Made by a program: the position numbers and the translations under genes
Notes under the pieces: generated by a model
Told to the model about the DNA's origin: nothing
What the model saw: the letters and a program-made list of their open reading frames with translations, nothing else
The model's database searches: none
Origin: Minisyncoccota bacterium
GTDB lineage: Bacteria > Patescibacteriota > Minisyncoccia > Phycocordibacterales > UBA9973
Direction: 5' to 3'
Assembly: GCA_041675085.1 (NCBI GenBank)
Contig: JBAYUN010000003.1
Location: forward strand, 28,798 to 92,797
Length of the DNA stretch: 64,000 nt
In this document: piece after piece, positions 9,632 through 17,585 of the stretch
Numbering within the stretch: the stretch's first letter is position 1
How the letters are laid out: every line of letters starts with the position of its first letter

Positions 9632-10675
9632 ATGAGTGAAAATTCAAACGGGGCAAGAAAAATCAGAGTAGCTATTAATGGATTTGGTCGTATTGGTAGA
9701 GCCTTTTTAAAAATTGCTTGGGAGCGTCCTGAGATAGAGATAGTCGCCGTGAATGACTTGGGTTCTATTGAGTCTTTAGCATATCTTTTGAAATACGATA
9801 CTGTTTATCGTAAATGGATTCATGACGTCGTTGTCGACGGTACAGACCTGCTCGCAGACGGCAAGAGGATTAAATTTATCTCAGAGCGCGATACTACTAA
9901 ACTTCCTTGGAAAGAATTAAATGTAGACGTGGTTGTAGAATCAACTGGACTTTTTACTGCTTATGAAAAAGCAAAGTTTCACCTAGATCAAGGTGCGAAG
10001 AAAGTCGTTATCTCTGCTCCTAGTAAAGGCGACGGATCTTTCCCAGGAGAGACTATCTTACTCGGAGTCAACGAAGATAAATTTGGAACTTGCGATATTA
10101 CTTCTAATGCTTCTTGTACTACCAACGCTGCTAGTCCACTTATCGGAATTTTAAACGAAGCTCTAGGTGTAGAGAAAGCAATACTAAATACTGTGCACGG
10201 ATATACTGCTAGTCAGTCTCTAGTCGACGGTCCAAGTAAAAAAGATTTGCGTGAAGGTCGCGCTGCAGCGCAAAATATCGTGCCTTCTTCTACAGGTGCG
10301 GCTATTGCTGTGACGAAAGCATATCCTGAACTCGAAGGATTATTCGATGGTATTTCTATCCGCGTACCTGTACCAGCGGGATCTATAGTCGACGTGACTT
10401 TTATTTCTAAGAAAAATACTACTATGGAAGAAGTAAATGAAATCTTAAAGAAAGCCTCAAATGACCCACGTTGGAGTAAAGTTTTTGCAGTAACAGAAGA
10501 GCCGTTAGTCTCTAGTGATATTTTAGCGAATTCTCATGCATCTATTGCTGACCTTGCTATGACTCGTGTAGTAGGAGGCAACTTGGTAAAAGTTATGGGC
10601 TGGTATGATAATGAATATGGATATACTTATACTTTAGTTGAACATGTTATTAAGACAGGAGGAACGATTAAGTAA
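9632..10675 (+). CDS. gap: glyceraldehyde-3-phosphate dehydrogenase
   Basis: NAD-binding N-terminus INGFGRIGR, the active-site SNASCTTN, and WYDNEYGY near the C-terminus. Confidence 0.9.
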   Translation: MSENSNGARKIRVAINGFGRIGRAFLKIAWERPEIEIVAVNDLGSIESLAYLLKYDTVYRKWIHDVVVDGTDLLADGKRIKFISERDTTKLPWKELNVDVVVESTGLFTAYEKAKFHLDQGAKKVVISAPSKGDGSFPGETILLGVNEDKFGTCDITSNASCTTNAASPLIGILNEALGVEKAILNTVHGYTASQSLVDGPSKKDLREGRAAAQNIVPSSTGAAIAVTKAYPELEGLFDGISIRVPVPAGSIVDVTFISKKNTTMEEVNEILKKASNDPRWSKVFAVTEEPLVSSDILANSHASIADLAMTRVVGGNLVKVMGWYDNEYGYTYTLVEHVIKTGGTIK

Positions 10676-10676
10676 T

Positions 10677-10892
10677 ATGGAAAATTACATCGAAGATGTT
10701 GTAAATCAATTAATAGAAGATGCTCTTGAAGTTAAATCAAAAGCCGTTGATGATAGTACTAAAGGTGTATTATTGGGCTATTATCTTTGTATATCAAGCA
10801 TATTAAATCAAGCAACAGCTTTTGGTGTTCATGATAAATTGTCTAAAAAATTACAAGAATTTGTTCCTGAAAGTTTGATAAATCCAAAATAA
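10677..10892 (+). CDS. hypothetical small protein
   Basis: The ATG sits 1 nt after the gap stop (MENYIEDVVNQ..). 71 aa, acidic and helical. Confidence 0.3.
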   Translation: MENYIEDVVNQLIEDALEVKSKAVDDSTKGVLLGYYLCISSILNQATAFGVHDKLSKKLQEFVPESLINPK

Positions 10893-10952
10893 GTTTTTAT
10901 TTTTTTTATTGAATGAAAGTTCCTAAATTTGCAAGCATATTTATTAAATATT

Positions 10953-10980
10953 TGACTTATTAATTATTATATGTATAATA
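10953..10980 (+). promoter_or_regulatory. sigma70-like promoter (TTGACT-16-TATAAT)
   Basis: aTTGACTtattaattattatatgTATAATat upstream of the 11002 ORF. Confidence 0.4.
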
Positions 10981-11001
10981 TATAGAATAAAAATTGTTCT
11001 T

Positions 11002-11379
11002 ATGAAATACGAATCAGGTTCAAGGTATTGGGTATATAGTTATGCTATATATACCCCTAAAAAAAATATTTTTTGTAGGTTGTTTCCTTATCTAAATGTT
11101 ATTTTTGGTTTTTGTCATTCAGTTGGTACTGCTAAAATTGGTTCAGACGGACCAGATTTTAAAGAATTTGAAAAAAGAATTTTTCCTGCCCCTTCTTTCC
11201 CAAAAGAATTAGCTAAAAAAATGGCAATTAAGTGGCATTGTGGGGGGAGTGATGATTTTTATGGTGATTATGTCTCTATTACAGATGTGGCAGAAGTCTC
11301 TAGTTCTTTTTATAATCTTTCTCCTGGAGAAAAAATTATCTCACGAACTAAACCAAAAGAATATTATTCTTTTTATTAA
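11002..11379 (+). CDS. hypothetical protein
   Basis: 125 aa, no recognised motifs. Confidence 0.3.
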   Translation: MKYESGSRYWVYSYAIYTPKKNIFCRLFPYLNVIFGFCHSVGTAKIGSDGPDFKEFEKRIFPAPSFPKELAKKMAIKWHCGGSDDFYGDYVSITDVAEVSSSFYNLSPGEKIISRTKPKEYYSFY

Positions 11380-11390
11380 GTAAATCTTGT

Positions 11391-11420
11391 AAAAGGCTCT
11401 ATTTTTTAGAGTCTTTTTAG
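11391..11420 (+). terminator. rho-independent terminator
   Basis: AAGGCTCTA-ttttt-TAGAGTCTT (one G-U pair) followed by TTTTAG. Confidence 0.4.
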
Positions 11421-11447
11421 TTGTTATATATATGTTATAATTTAACT

Positions 11448-11936
11448 ATGAAAATATACATAGGTGGAGATCATGTGGGTTATAAATACAAGGAAGAACT
11501 TAAGACTTATTTAAGTGAAGTTTTTTTGGATGCTGAGATCTTAGACAAGGGAGCTTCTAATTTGAATGAAGACGATGACTATCCTGATTTTATAACTCCT
11601 GTAGCTGAAAGTGTCGCTAGTGATGAGGAAAGCTTTGGAATAATTCTCGGAGGTTCGGGTCAGGGAGAAGCTATGTGTGCTAATAGAGTTCGTGGTGCGC
11701 GAGCTATAGTTTTCTATGGAGAAGAATTGCCAGAAGGTGAAGTAGATATATCGGGCAGAAAGAGTATTGATACTTTTGAAATAGTAAAACTCGGTAGAAT
11801 GCATAATGATGCAAATATTTTATCTATTGGGGTTAGATTCGTATCACTCGATGAAGCAAAATTCGCTATAGAACTTTTCTTGAAAACAGAATTCTCAAAA
11901 GAAGAAAGACACACTAGAAGAATAAATAAATTTTAA
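11448..11936 (+). CDS. rpiB: ribose-5-phosphate isomerase B
   Basis: MKIYIGGDHVGYKYKEELKTYL matches the RpiB/LacAB N-terminus (MKIAIGxDHxG..K). An ILGGSGQGEAMCANR region follows. Length is ~160 aa from this ATG. Confidence 0.75.
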   Translation: MKIYIGGDHVGYKYKEELKTYLSEVFLDAEILDKGASNLNEDDDYPDFITPVAESVASDEESFGIILGGSGQGEAMCANRVRGARAIVFYGEELPEGEVDISGRKSIDTFEIVKLGRMHNDANILSIGVRFVSLDEAKFAIELFLKTEFSKEERHTRRINKF

Positions 11937-11944
11937 TTATATAT

Positions 11945-12652
11945 ATGATAGAAATAATACCAGCAATATTGCCATCAAATTATGAAGACATGAAGAACAA
12001 GATAGCCTTGGTTCGTGGGCTAGTACCTATCGTGCAGATAGATATTTGTGATGGAGATTTTGTAAAAAATACGACTTGGCCTTTCTCGACTGGTGGAGCA
12101 TCGGACTATAATTTTCAAAATATTATGAACGAACAAGAGGGTATGCCTTTTTGGGAAGATATTGATTTTGAGCTTGATTTGATGGTGTCTGACGCTGTGG
12201 CGAACTTTGATATCTATACTAAGCTTAGTCCAAAGAGAATAGTCTTTCACTTAGAAGCAGAAGAGATTAAAAGAGATATAGTAGAATTCAAAAATTTCAT
12301 AGAAGGTATCGATCCTTATATTCGAGATAGTATCGAGATAGGTGTAGCGATAAATACTACGACTAACTTAGAAGAGATTTTTCCAGTTGTGAACTCTGTA
12401 GATTTTATTCAATGCATGGGTATAGAAAATATTGGTTTTCAAGGGCAAGAATTTGATAATAGAGTGATATCTCATATCAAAACTTTAAAAGAAAAATATT
12501 CTGATCTAGTTATCTCAGTAGATGGAGCAGTAGATTTAGAAAATGCATCCGCACTCATACAAGCAGGTGCGACTCGACTCGTAATAGGCTCGGCAATTTT
12601 TAAACAAAATGATATAATAGATAGTATAGAAAGTTTTACCCGTCTCCATTAA
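11945..12652 (+). CDS. rpe: ribulose-phosphate 3-epimerase
   Basis: IIPAILPSN .. VQIDICDGDFV matches the Rpe HxDxMDGxFV metal-binding block. FHLEA .. SVDGAV follows, in TIM-barrel order. It sits within a pentose-phosphate cluster. Confidence 0.65.
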   Translation: MIEIIPAILPSNYEDMKNKIALVRGLVPIVQIDICDGDFVKNTTWPFSTGGASDYNFQNIMNEQEGMPFWEDIDFELDLMVSDAVANFDIYTKLSPKRIVFHLEAEEIKRDIVEFKNFIEGIDPYIRDSIEIGVAINTTTNLEEIFPVVNSVDFIQCMGIENIGFQGQEFDNRVISHIKTLKEKYSDLVISVDGAVDLENASALIQAGATRLVIGSAIFKQNDIIDSIESFTRLH

Positions 12653-12689
12653 AATTACGAGCGGGCAAGAAAATTTTTATATTTGAAAT

Positions 12690-13550
12690 ATGCTCACTCA
12701 AGATAAAATTTTAATTTTAGAAGAAAAAGCAAATGATATTCGTGAATCTATTATCACGATGCTATTAGAAGCGGGGAGTGGTCATACTGCGGGACCTCTC
12801 GGCATGGCAGATATTTTTACATATTTTTATTTTCACGCTTTAAATCATAATCCTTTAAAACCTGACTGGGATGATAGAGACCGAGTGATATTATCAAACG
12901 GTCATATCTGCCCAGTTCTTTATGCTACGATGGCGCATGCTGGATATTTCGGAGTTGAAGAACTTAAAACTTTGAGAAAATTTGGCTCTCGTTTACAAGG
13001 GCATCCTCATCGCGAATTTCTCCCAATGCTCGAGAATTCTTCGGGTCCGCTCGGTTCTGGACTTTCTCAAGCGGTAGGTATGGCTCTCGCAGATAGGATA
13101 GACGGGAAGGATAAGTCTCGATTTATTTATACCTTTTTAGGTGACGGAGAATTAAATGAAGGAAATAATTGGGAAGCTATGATGCTAGCTGGTAAAAATA
13201 AATTGCATAATCTTATCGCTGTAGTTGATAGAAATAATATTCAAATAGACGGCTACACCGAAGACGTCATGCCTTTGGAATTATTAGCCGACAAGTGGAG
13301 AAGTTTTAATTGGCATGTGCTCGAGATTTCGGGACATGATTTTCATGCTATCGATCAAGCTGTTATAGAAGCTCATAGTGTGTACGATATGCCGACGGTG
13401 ATCATCGCTTATACTGTACCAGGTAAGGGAGTTCGGGAATTTGAGAGAGATTATAAATGGCACGGTAAGGCTCCAAATAAAGAAGAGGCAGATATGGCTT
13501 TGAAACAATTACGCACCTTGGGTGGGCAGATTCGTGCCGAGCATCAATAA
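12690..13550 (+). CDS. transketolase, N-terminal (TPP-binding) subunit
   Basis: GSGHTAGPLGMADIFTYFY and GDGELNEGNNWEAM...VDRNNIQIDG are the canonical Tkt N-terminal TPP motifs. The gene is split, as in many small genomes. Confidence 0.85.
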   Translation: MLTQDKILILEEKANDIRESIITMLLEAGSGHTAGPLGMADIFTYFYFHALNHNPLKPDWDDRDRVILSNGHICPVLYATMAHAGYFGVEELKTLRKFGSRLQGHPHREFLPMLENSSGPLGSGLSQAVGMALADRIDGKDKSRFIYTFLGDGELNEGNNWEAMMLAGKNKLHNLIAVVDRNNIQIDGYTEDVMPLELLADKWRSFNWHVLEISGHDFHAIDQAVIEAHSVYDMPTVIIAYTVPGKGVREFERDYKWHGKAPNKEEADMALKQLRTLGGQIRAEHQ

Positions 13551-13557
13551 AAATATT

Positions 13558-14559
13558 ATGTTAAATCCACATTTAAAATTAAATCCAAAACTTTTCAATA
13601 CTGACGTAGAACAACAACCAATACGTAAAGGTTTTGGTATTGGACTTTTGCAAGCAGGGGAATTCAATCGCCGTGTCGTGGCTCTCTGTGCTGACTTGAC
13701 TGAGTCTACTCAAATGCATTTATTCAAAGAAAGATTCCCTGAGAGATTTATCGAGATAGGAGTCGCCGAGCAAAATCTAGTGACTGTAGCGAGTGGTATG
13801 GCGGCCATGGGTAAAATCCCTTTTTGTTCTAGTTATGCAATGTTTTCTCCTGGTAGAAATTGGGAGCAAATACGGACTACTATCGCTTATAATGACCGCA
13901 AAGTTATCATTGTCGGTTCGCATGCAGGGATATCTGTAGGTCCTGACGGAGGTACGCACCAAGCTCTAGAAGATATGGCGCTGATGCGTATTATTCCGAA
14001 TATGGACGTAGTTTCTCCTTGTGATTCTATACAAGCAAAGAAAGTTACTTTTACTTTTTTGGAATCTCCACGTCCCGCGTATTTACGTCTCGCTCGTGAA
14101 AAAACTCCTATTATAACTACAGAAGAAACTCCTTTTGAAATAGGCAAAGCTGATATCTATTGGATCCCTGACGTCGGTCTCGCTGATGTCGGTATTATCG
14201 TTACAGGAGGACTGACTCATCGTACTCTCGTAGCTGCAAAAGAATTAGAATCCGTTGGTATTAAAACTAAAGTTATGAATTTGTCTTGTATCAAACCAAT
14301 AGACAGAGAGGCTATCTTAGCTCTGGCTAAAGAAACTAAATGCATCGTCACAGTGGAAGAGCATCAGATTTTAGGAGGTATGGGTTCGGCTGTGGCTGAA
14401 GTCTTGGGAGAGAATTATCCTGTACCGATAGAATTCATCGGAGTCAGAGATCAATTTGGTCAATCAGGAACTCCAGAAGAACTCATAGAACATTATGGTA
14501 TGGGTAAAGAAAATATTAAAGACGCTGTCAAAAAAGTCTTGAAACGAAAGGGGAAATAA
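13558..14559 (+). CDS. transketolase, C-terminal (pyrimidine-binding) subunit
   Basis: IGVAEQNLVTVASGMAAMGKIPFCSSYAMF, the pyrimidine-binding domain, and a C-terminal Tkt domain. The first ATG after the upstream stop is preferred. Confidence 0.85.
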   Translation: MLNPHLKLNPKLFNTDVEQQPIRKGFGIGLLQAGEFNRRVVALCADLTESTQMHLFKERFPERFIEIGVAEQNLVTVASGMAAMGKIPFCSSYAMFSPGRNWEQIRTTIAYNDRKVIIVGSHAGISVGPDGGTHQALEDMALMRIIPNMDVVSPCDSIQAKKVTFTFLESPRPAYLRLAREKTPIITTEETPFEIGKADIYWIPDVGLADVGIIVTGGLTHRTLVAAKELESVGIKTKVMNLSCIKPIDREAILALAKETKCIVTVEEHQILGGMGSAVAEVLGENYPVPIEFIGVRDQFGQSGTPEELIEHYGMGKENIKDAVKKVLKRKGK

Positions 14560-14680
14560 AAAAAATATAGAAACGAAACTTTTTCCGGTACAGATTTTTT
14601 GAAGCTTAAAAAATCCTGAAGTTGACTCGCCGTCGCTCGCCAAACCCCTCCAAAAGTTTGTTTCTATATTTTTTTTACTT
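14560..14680. repeat. conserved ~68-nt core element embedded in a long AT-rich palindrome (copy 1)
   Basis: Arms aaaaaaaatatagaaacgaaactttt and aaaagtttgtttctatatttttttt are inverted repeats of each other with 1 mismatch. They enclose the core tccggtacaGATTTTTTgaagcttAAAAAATCctgaagttgactcgccgtcgctcgccaaacccctcc (14584..14651). It sits between convergent tkt and the PfkB kinase. The same core recurs at 17408..17475 with 2 substitutions. Confidence 0.6.
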
Positions 14681-15694
14681 AACTTCAGTAATCTTATAAC
14701 TCTCTGGTGCGTTTTTTAGAAGTTCTTCTAATTTCGCGCGAGGTAGTAATCCTTTTTGTGCGCCGACATGTTGCACCACTGACATAGAATTAATCGGTCC
14801 AAAAGATAAAGCTTCAGGTATAGTTTTACCAAGTCCGAGGGCAGCAGTGAAAGTCGAAGCGAAAGCGTCTCCTGCTCCAGTCCTGTCTACTGCGGGAGCT
14901 GTATCAGGATAAATAGGAGTGAACCAGACATGCTCTCCGTCAGAAGCGTAGGCTCCGTTTGGCCCGTCAGAAATAGCGACTATCTTCGGTCCTAATGCGT
15001 GAATGCCGTCTGATAAAACTTTGATATCTTTTGTATCATTACTCAATATTTTTTGAGCTTCTTCGACGTTGCAGAAGAATACATGAGTATTAGCATAAAT
15101 ATCTTTTAATTTCTCTATACCTAATTTGATTTGAAAAGTTCCAGGTTGGAAAGCGAGTTTGGTCTCTTTATGTTTTTTCAAATATTCTGCAATTTCTAAA
15201 TGATAAGGTAGGGAATTATCAGCAAGGGACGATAGATACATCCAAGATATTTCTGTATTTTCAAAAGAAGGGAATTTGAAATCAAATTCTGTGTGTTTGA
15301 CTAAAATAGTTCTCTCAACTCCAAACCACAAAACATAATGATAATTAGTTTTTTTATTTTTTTGTATAGATATATAGTCAGTCGAGATACCTTCTTTTTT
15401 TAATTCTTCAATACAGTCACGACCGTTTTGATCATCTCCGATATTAGTCACGAGAGCAGAATTGAGTCCGAGCCTTTTTGCACTTACTGCAGCATTCGGA
15501 CTATTGCCGACGGCGTTTAATACGTCTACAGATTCATAAGGGATTTTATCTCCAAATCTCATACATAATTCACAAGTATTTGTGTCTACTTTGCAATTCA
15601 CATGAGCGTCTTGTAATTTGATAAAAGCGTCGATGACTATATCACCTATAGCTAGAAAGTCTATTTTCTTTGTTTTCTTTTTAAATATATTCAT
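14675..15694 (-). CDS. PfkB-family carbohydrate kinase (ribokinase-like)
   Basis: N-terminal AIGDIVIDAF and the C-terminal GAGDAFASTFTAALGLG (PfkB signature 2). Confidence 0.7.
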   Translation of the reverse strand: MNIFKKKTKKIDFLAIGDIVIDAFIKLQDAHVNCKVDTNTCELCMRFGDKIPYESVDVLNAVGNSPNAAVSAKRLGLNSALVTNIGDDQNGRDCIEELKKEGISTDYISIQKNKKTNYHYVLWFGVERTILVKHTEFDFKFPSFENTEISWMYLSSLADNSLPYHLEIAEYLKKHKETKLAFQPGTFQIKLGIEKLKDIYANTHVFFCNVEEAQKILSNDTKDIKVLSDGIHALGPKIVAISDGPNGAYASDGEHVWFTPIYPDTAPAVDRTGAGDAFASTFTAALGLGKTIPEALSFGPINSMSVVQHVGAQKGLLPRAKLEELLKNAPESYKITEVK

Positions 15695-15730
15695 AGTATG
15701 ATTATAGCATAATAGAATTAAGTAAATATA

Positions 15731-17146
15731 ATGCCAAGAAAATTAATTTTAATTTTAGCATTTGTTTTCTTTTTAAACTTTCCACAAGGTGTTTTTGCTA
15801 ATGTTTTGATAAATGAGGTGCAAATAGGAGTCGAAGGGAATGCCAATGATGAATTTATTGAGCTTTACAATAATGGATCAAGTGAAGTTGATCTGACAGG
15901 ATTTTCAATTTATAAGAAAACTTCATCTGGTGCAGAGAGCTCTGTCGTTTCTAAAAGTCGTTTTGATAGTAAGAAAATCCCTGCAAATGGGATTGTATTT
16001 TTGGCTAGAGAAGATGAATATACTGGTAGTAAAACTGTAGATATACTTTGGCCAAATTCATACAGCCTGGCATCCAATAATTCATTAACTTTATACAAAG
16101 ATTTCGAGAGCAAGACAGTAGAGGATACTGTATCTTGGGGAGATGTTAAAAATTTTAAACGTTCAAATACAAATACTGGAACTTCACCTGACTCAGAAAA
16201 TAATCCGGAAATAGAAATAGATGAAGTTGCTACAAATAATATTTTAAATTCTTCTAGTAATTTTGTTTCTAAAACTCAAAAACCTACACTTAAAATCATT
16301 AGTAAAAATTCTGGCTTCGTTGGTGTGCCTATGGAATTCGAAGCTCGGTTGGAATCTCTCGAATACAAGAATCTCTATGCAAAATATGTCTGGAATTTTG
16401 GTGACGGCTCGGCTGTAGAGTTCAAAGATTATGAAAATAAAAAGTTCTCTCACACTTTTTATTATGCTGGAGAATATCTAGTAAGCTTAGAGTACTATGC
16501 AAATCCTCAGCAATTAAGCGCAGATTATATAGCTAAAATCAATATTAAGATAATTCATCCAAATATTTTAATCTCAAGTATTGGAGATACTGGGAATTTT
16601 TATGTGGAGATTACGAATACTTCGGCGCTCGATGTGGACTTGGGTGAGTGGGTTTTATTGGGTAATAATAAATCTTTTACTTTCCCGAAAAATACAAATT
16701 TATTAAGCATGAAGAAGATAATACTTTCGCCTCGAATTACAAATTTTACAATTGAAGATAAAAATTTTCTAGAATTATTAGACAAAAATAGAACTGTAAT
16801 TTTCTCATATAAAAATATAATTAATCAAAAACAAAATACAGGAAACAATATCGTAAAGTATAAAAATACTAATACTATTTTACCTAAAAATAATTCTACG
16901 AATGACATAAGTCCAGAATATTTTATAGAAAATTACGAAGAAGAATTTGAGAATCATGATATCTCGGGAGCTGTCATATTGTCAGATGAAAATCCTCAAC
17001 AAGAAAATAATTTTATTTATATAATTTTGTTTATTTTGCTTATAGGTTTAGCTGTTTTTAGTATTTACTTTTTGCGTAAAAATAGGGGAAATAAAGAGGA
17101 AGAAAATCAAGAAGATTTAGAAGACTTTGAAATTTTAGATGAATAG
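15731..17146 (+). CDS. secreted protein with two lamin-tail domains (LTD) and C-terminal TM anchor
   Basis: Signal peptide. LTD1 is NVLINEVQIGVEGNANDEFIELYNNGSSEVDLTGFSIY (the canonical INEV...EFIELxN...DLxGW LTD start). LTD2 begins around ILISSIGDTGNFYVEITNTSALDVDLGEWVLL. C-terminal hydrophobic anchor FIYIILFILLIGLAVFSIYFL. Confidence 0.6.
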   Translation: MPRKLILILAFVFFLNFPQGVFANVLINEVQIGVEGNANDEFIELYNNGSSEVDLTGFSIYKKTSSGAESSVVSKSRFDSKKIPANGIVFLAREDEYTGSKTVDILWPNSYSLASNNSLTLYKDFESKTVEDTVSWGDVKNFKRSNTNTGTSPDSENNPEIEIDEVATNNILNSSSNFVSKTQKPTLKIISKNSGFVGVPMEFEARLESLEYKNLYAKYVWNFGDGSAVEFKDYENKKFSHTFYYAGEYLVSLEYYANPQQLSADYIAKINIKIIHPNILISSIGDTGNFYVEITNTSALDVDLGEWVLLGNNKSFTFPKNTNLLSMKKIILSPRITNFTIEDKNFLELLDKNRTVIFSYKNIINQKQNTGNNIVKYKNTNTILPKNNSTNDISPEYFIENYEEEFENHDISGAVILSDENPQQENNFIYIILFILLIGLAVFSIYFLRKNRGNKEEENQEDLEDFEILDE

Positions 17147-17154
17147 TATATTAT

Positions 17155-17376
17155 ATGAAAATGTTTAAAAATTTTTTATTGAAAAAGATGCTTCGCACTC
17201 AAGGTGTACCAGAAGCTCAGATAGATATGTTTATTAAAATGATGGAGAAAGACCCTCAACTTTTTGAAAATATTGCAAAAGAGATCAAAGCTAAGATGGA
17301 TGGAGGTATGGATCAACAGTCTGCGTCTATGGAAGTGATGAAAAAGTATGAAAATGATCTCAAAAAGTTGGTTTAA
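17155..17376 (+). CDS. hypothetical small helical protein
   Basis: 73 aa, charged, no motif recognised. Confidence 0.3.
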   Translation: MKMFKNFLLKKMLRTQGVPEAQIDMFIKMMEKDPQLFENIAKEIKAKMDGGMDQQSASMEVMKKYENDLKKLV

Positions 17377-17387
17377 ATTCTAGATAA

Positions 17388-17497
17388 TAAAAACAAAAAC
17401 AATTTTTTCCGGTACAGATTTTTTGAAGCTTAAAAAATCCTGAAATTGGCTCGCCGTCGCTCGCCAAACCCCTCCAAAAATTGTTTTTGTTTTTATT
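17388..17497. repeat. conserved ~68-nt core element embedded in a long AT-rich palindrome (copy 2)
   Basis: Arms aaaaacaaaaacaatttttt and aaaaattgtttttgttttt are inverted repeats of each other but unrelated to the copy-1 arms. The core at 17408..17475 matches 14584..14651 with 2 substitutions. Confidence 0.6.
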
Positions 17498-17519
17498 AAA
17501 AAAGTTATTAACAGTTTTA

Positions 17520-17552
17520 CTAAAAAAACACCCTAAAAAGGTGTTTTTTTAT
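17520..17552 (+). terminator. terminator-like hairpin
   Basis: AAAAAAACACC-ctaaaaa-GGTGTTTTTTT. Confidence 0.35.
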
Positions 17553-17585
17553 ATGTGAAAATGTATTATAATTTAAAGATATTTA

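Noticed and set aside
10638-10676. Extended start of the small ORF overlapping the end of gap
   Set aside because: The ATG at 10677, one nucleotide after the gap stop, gives a non-overlapping gene. The upstream extension has no support.
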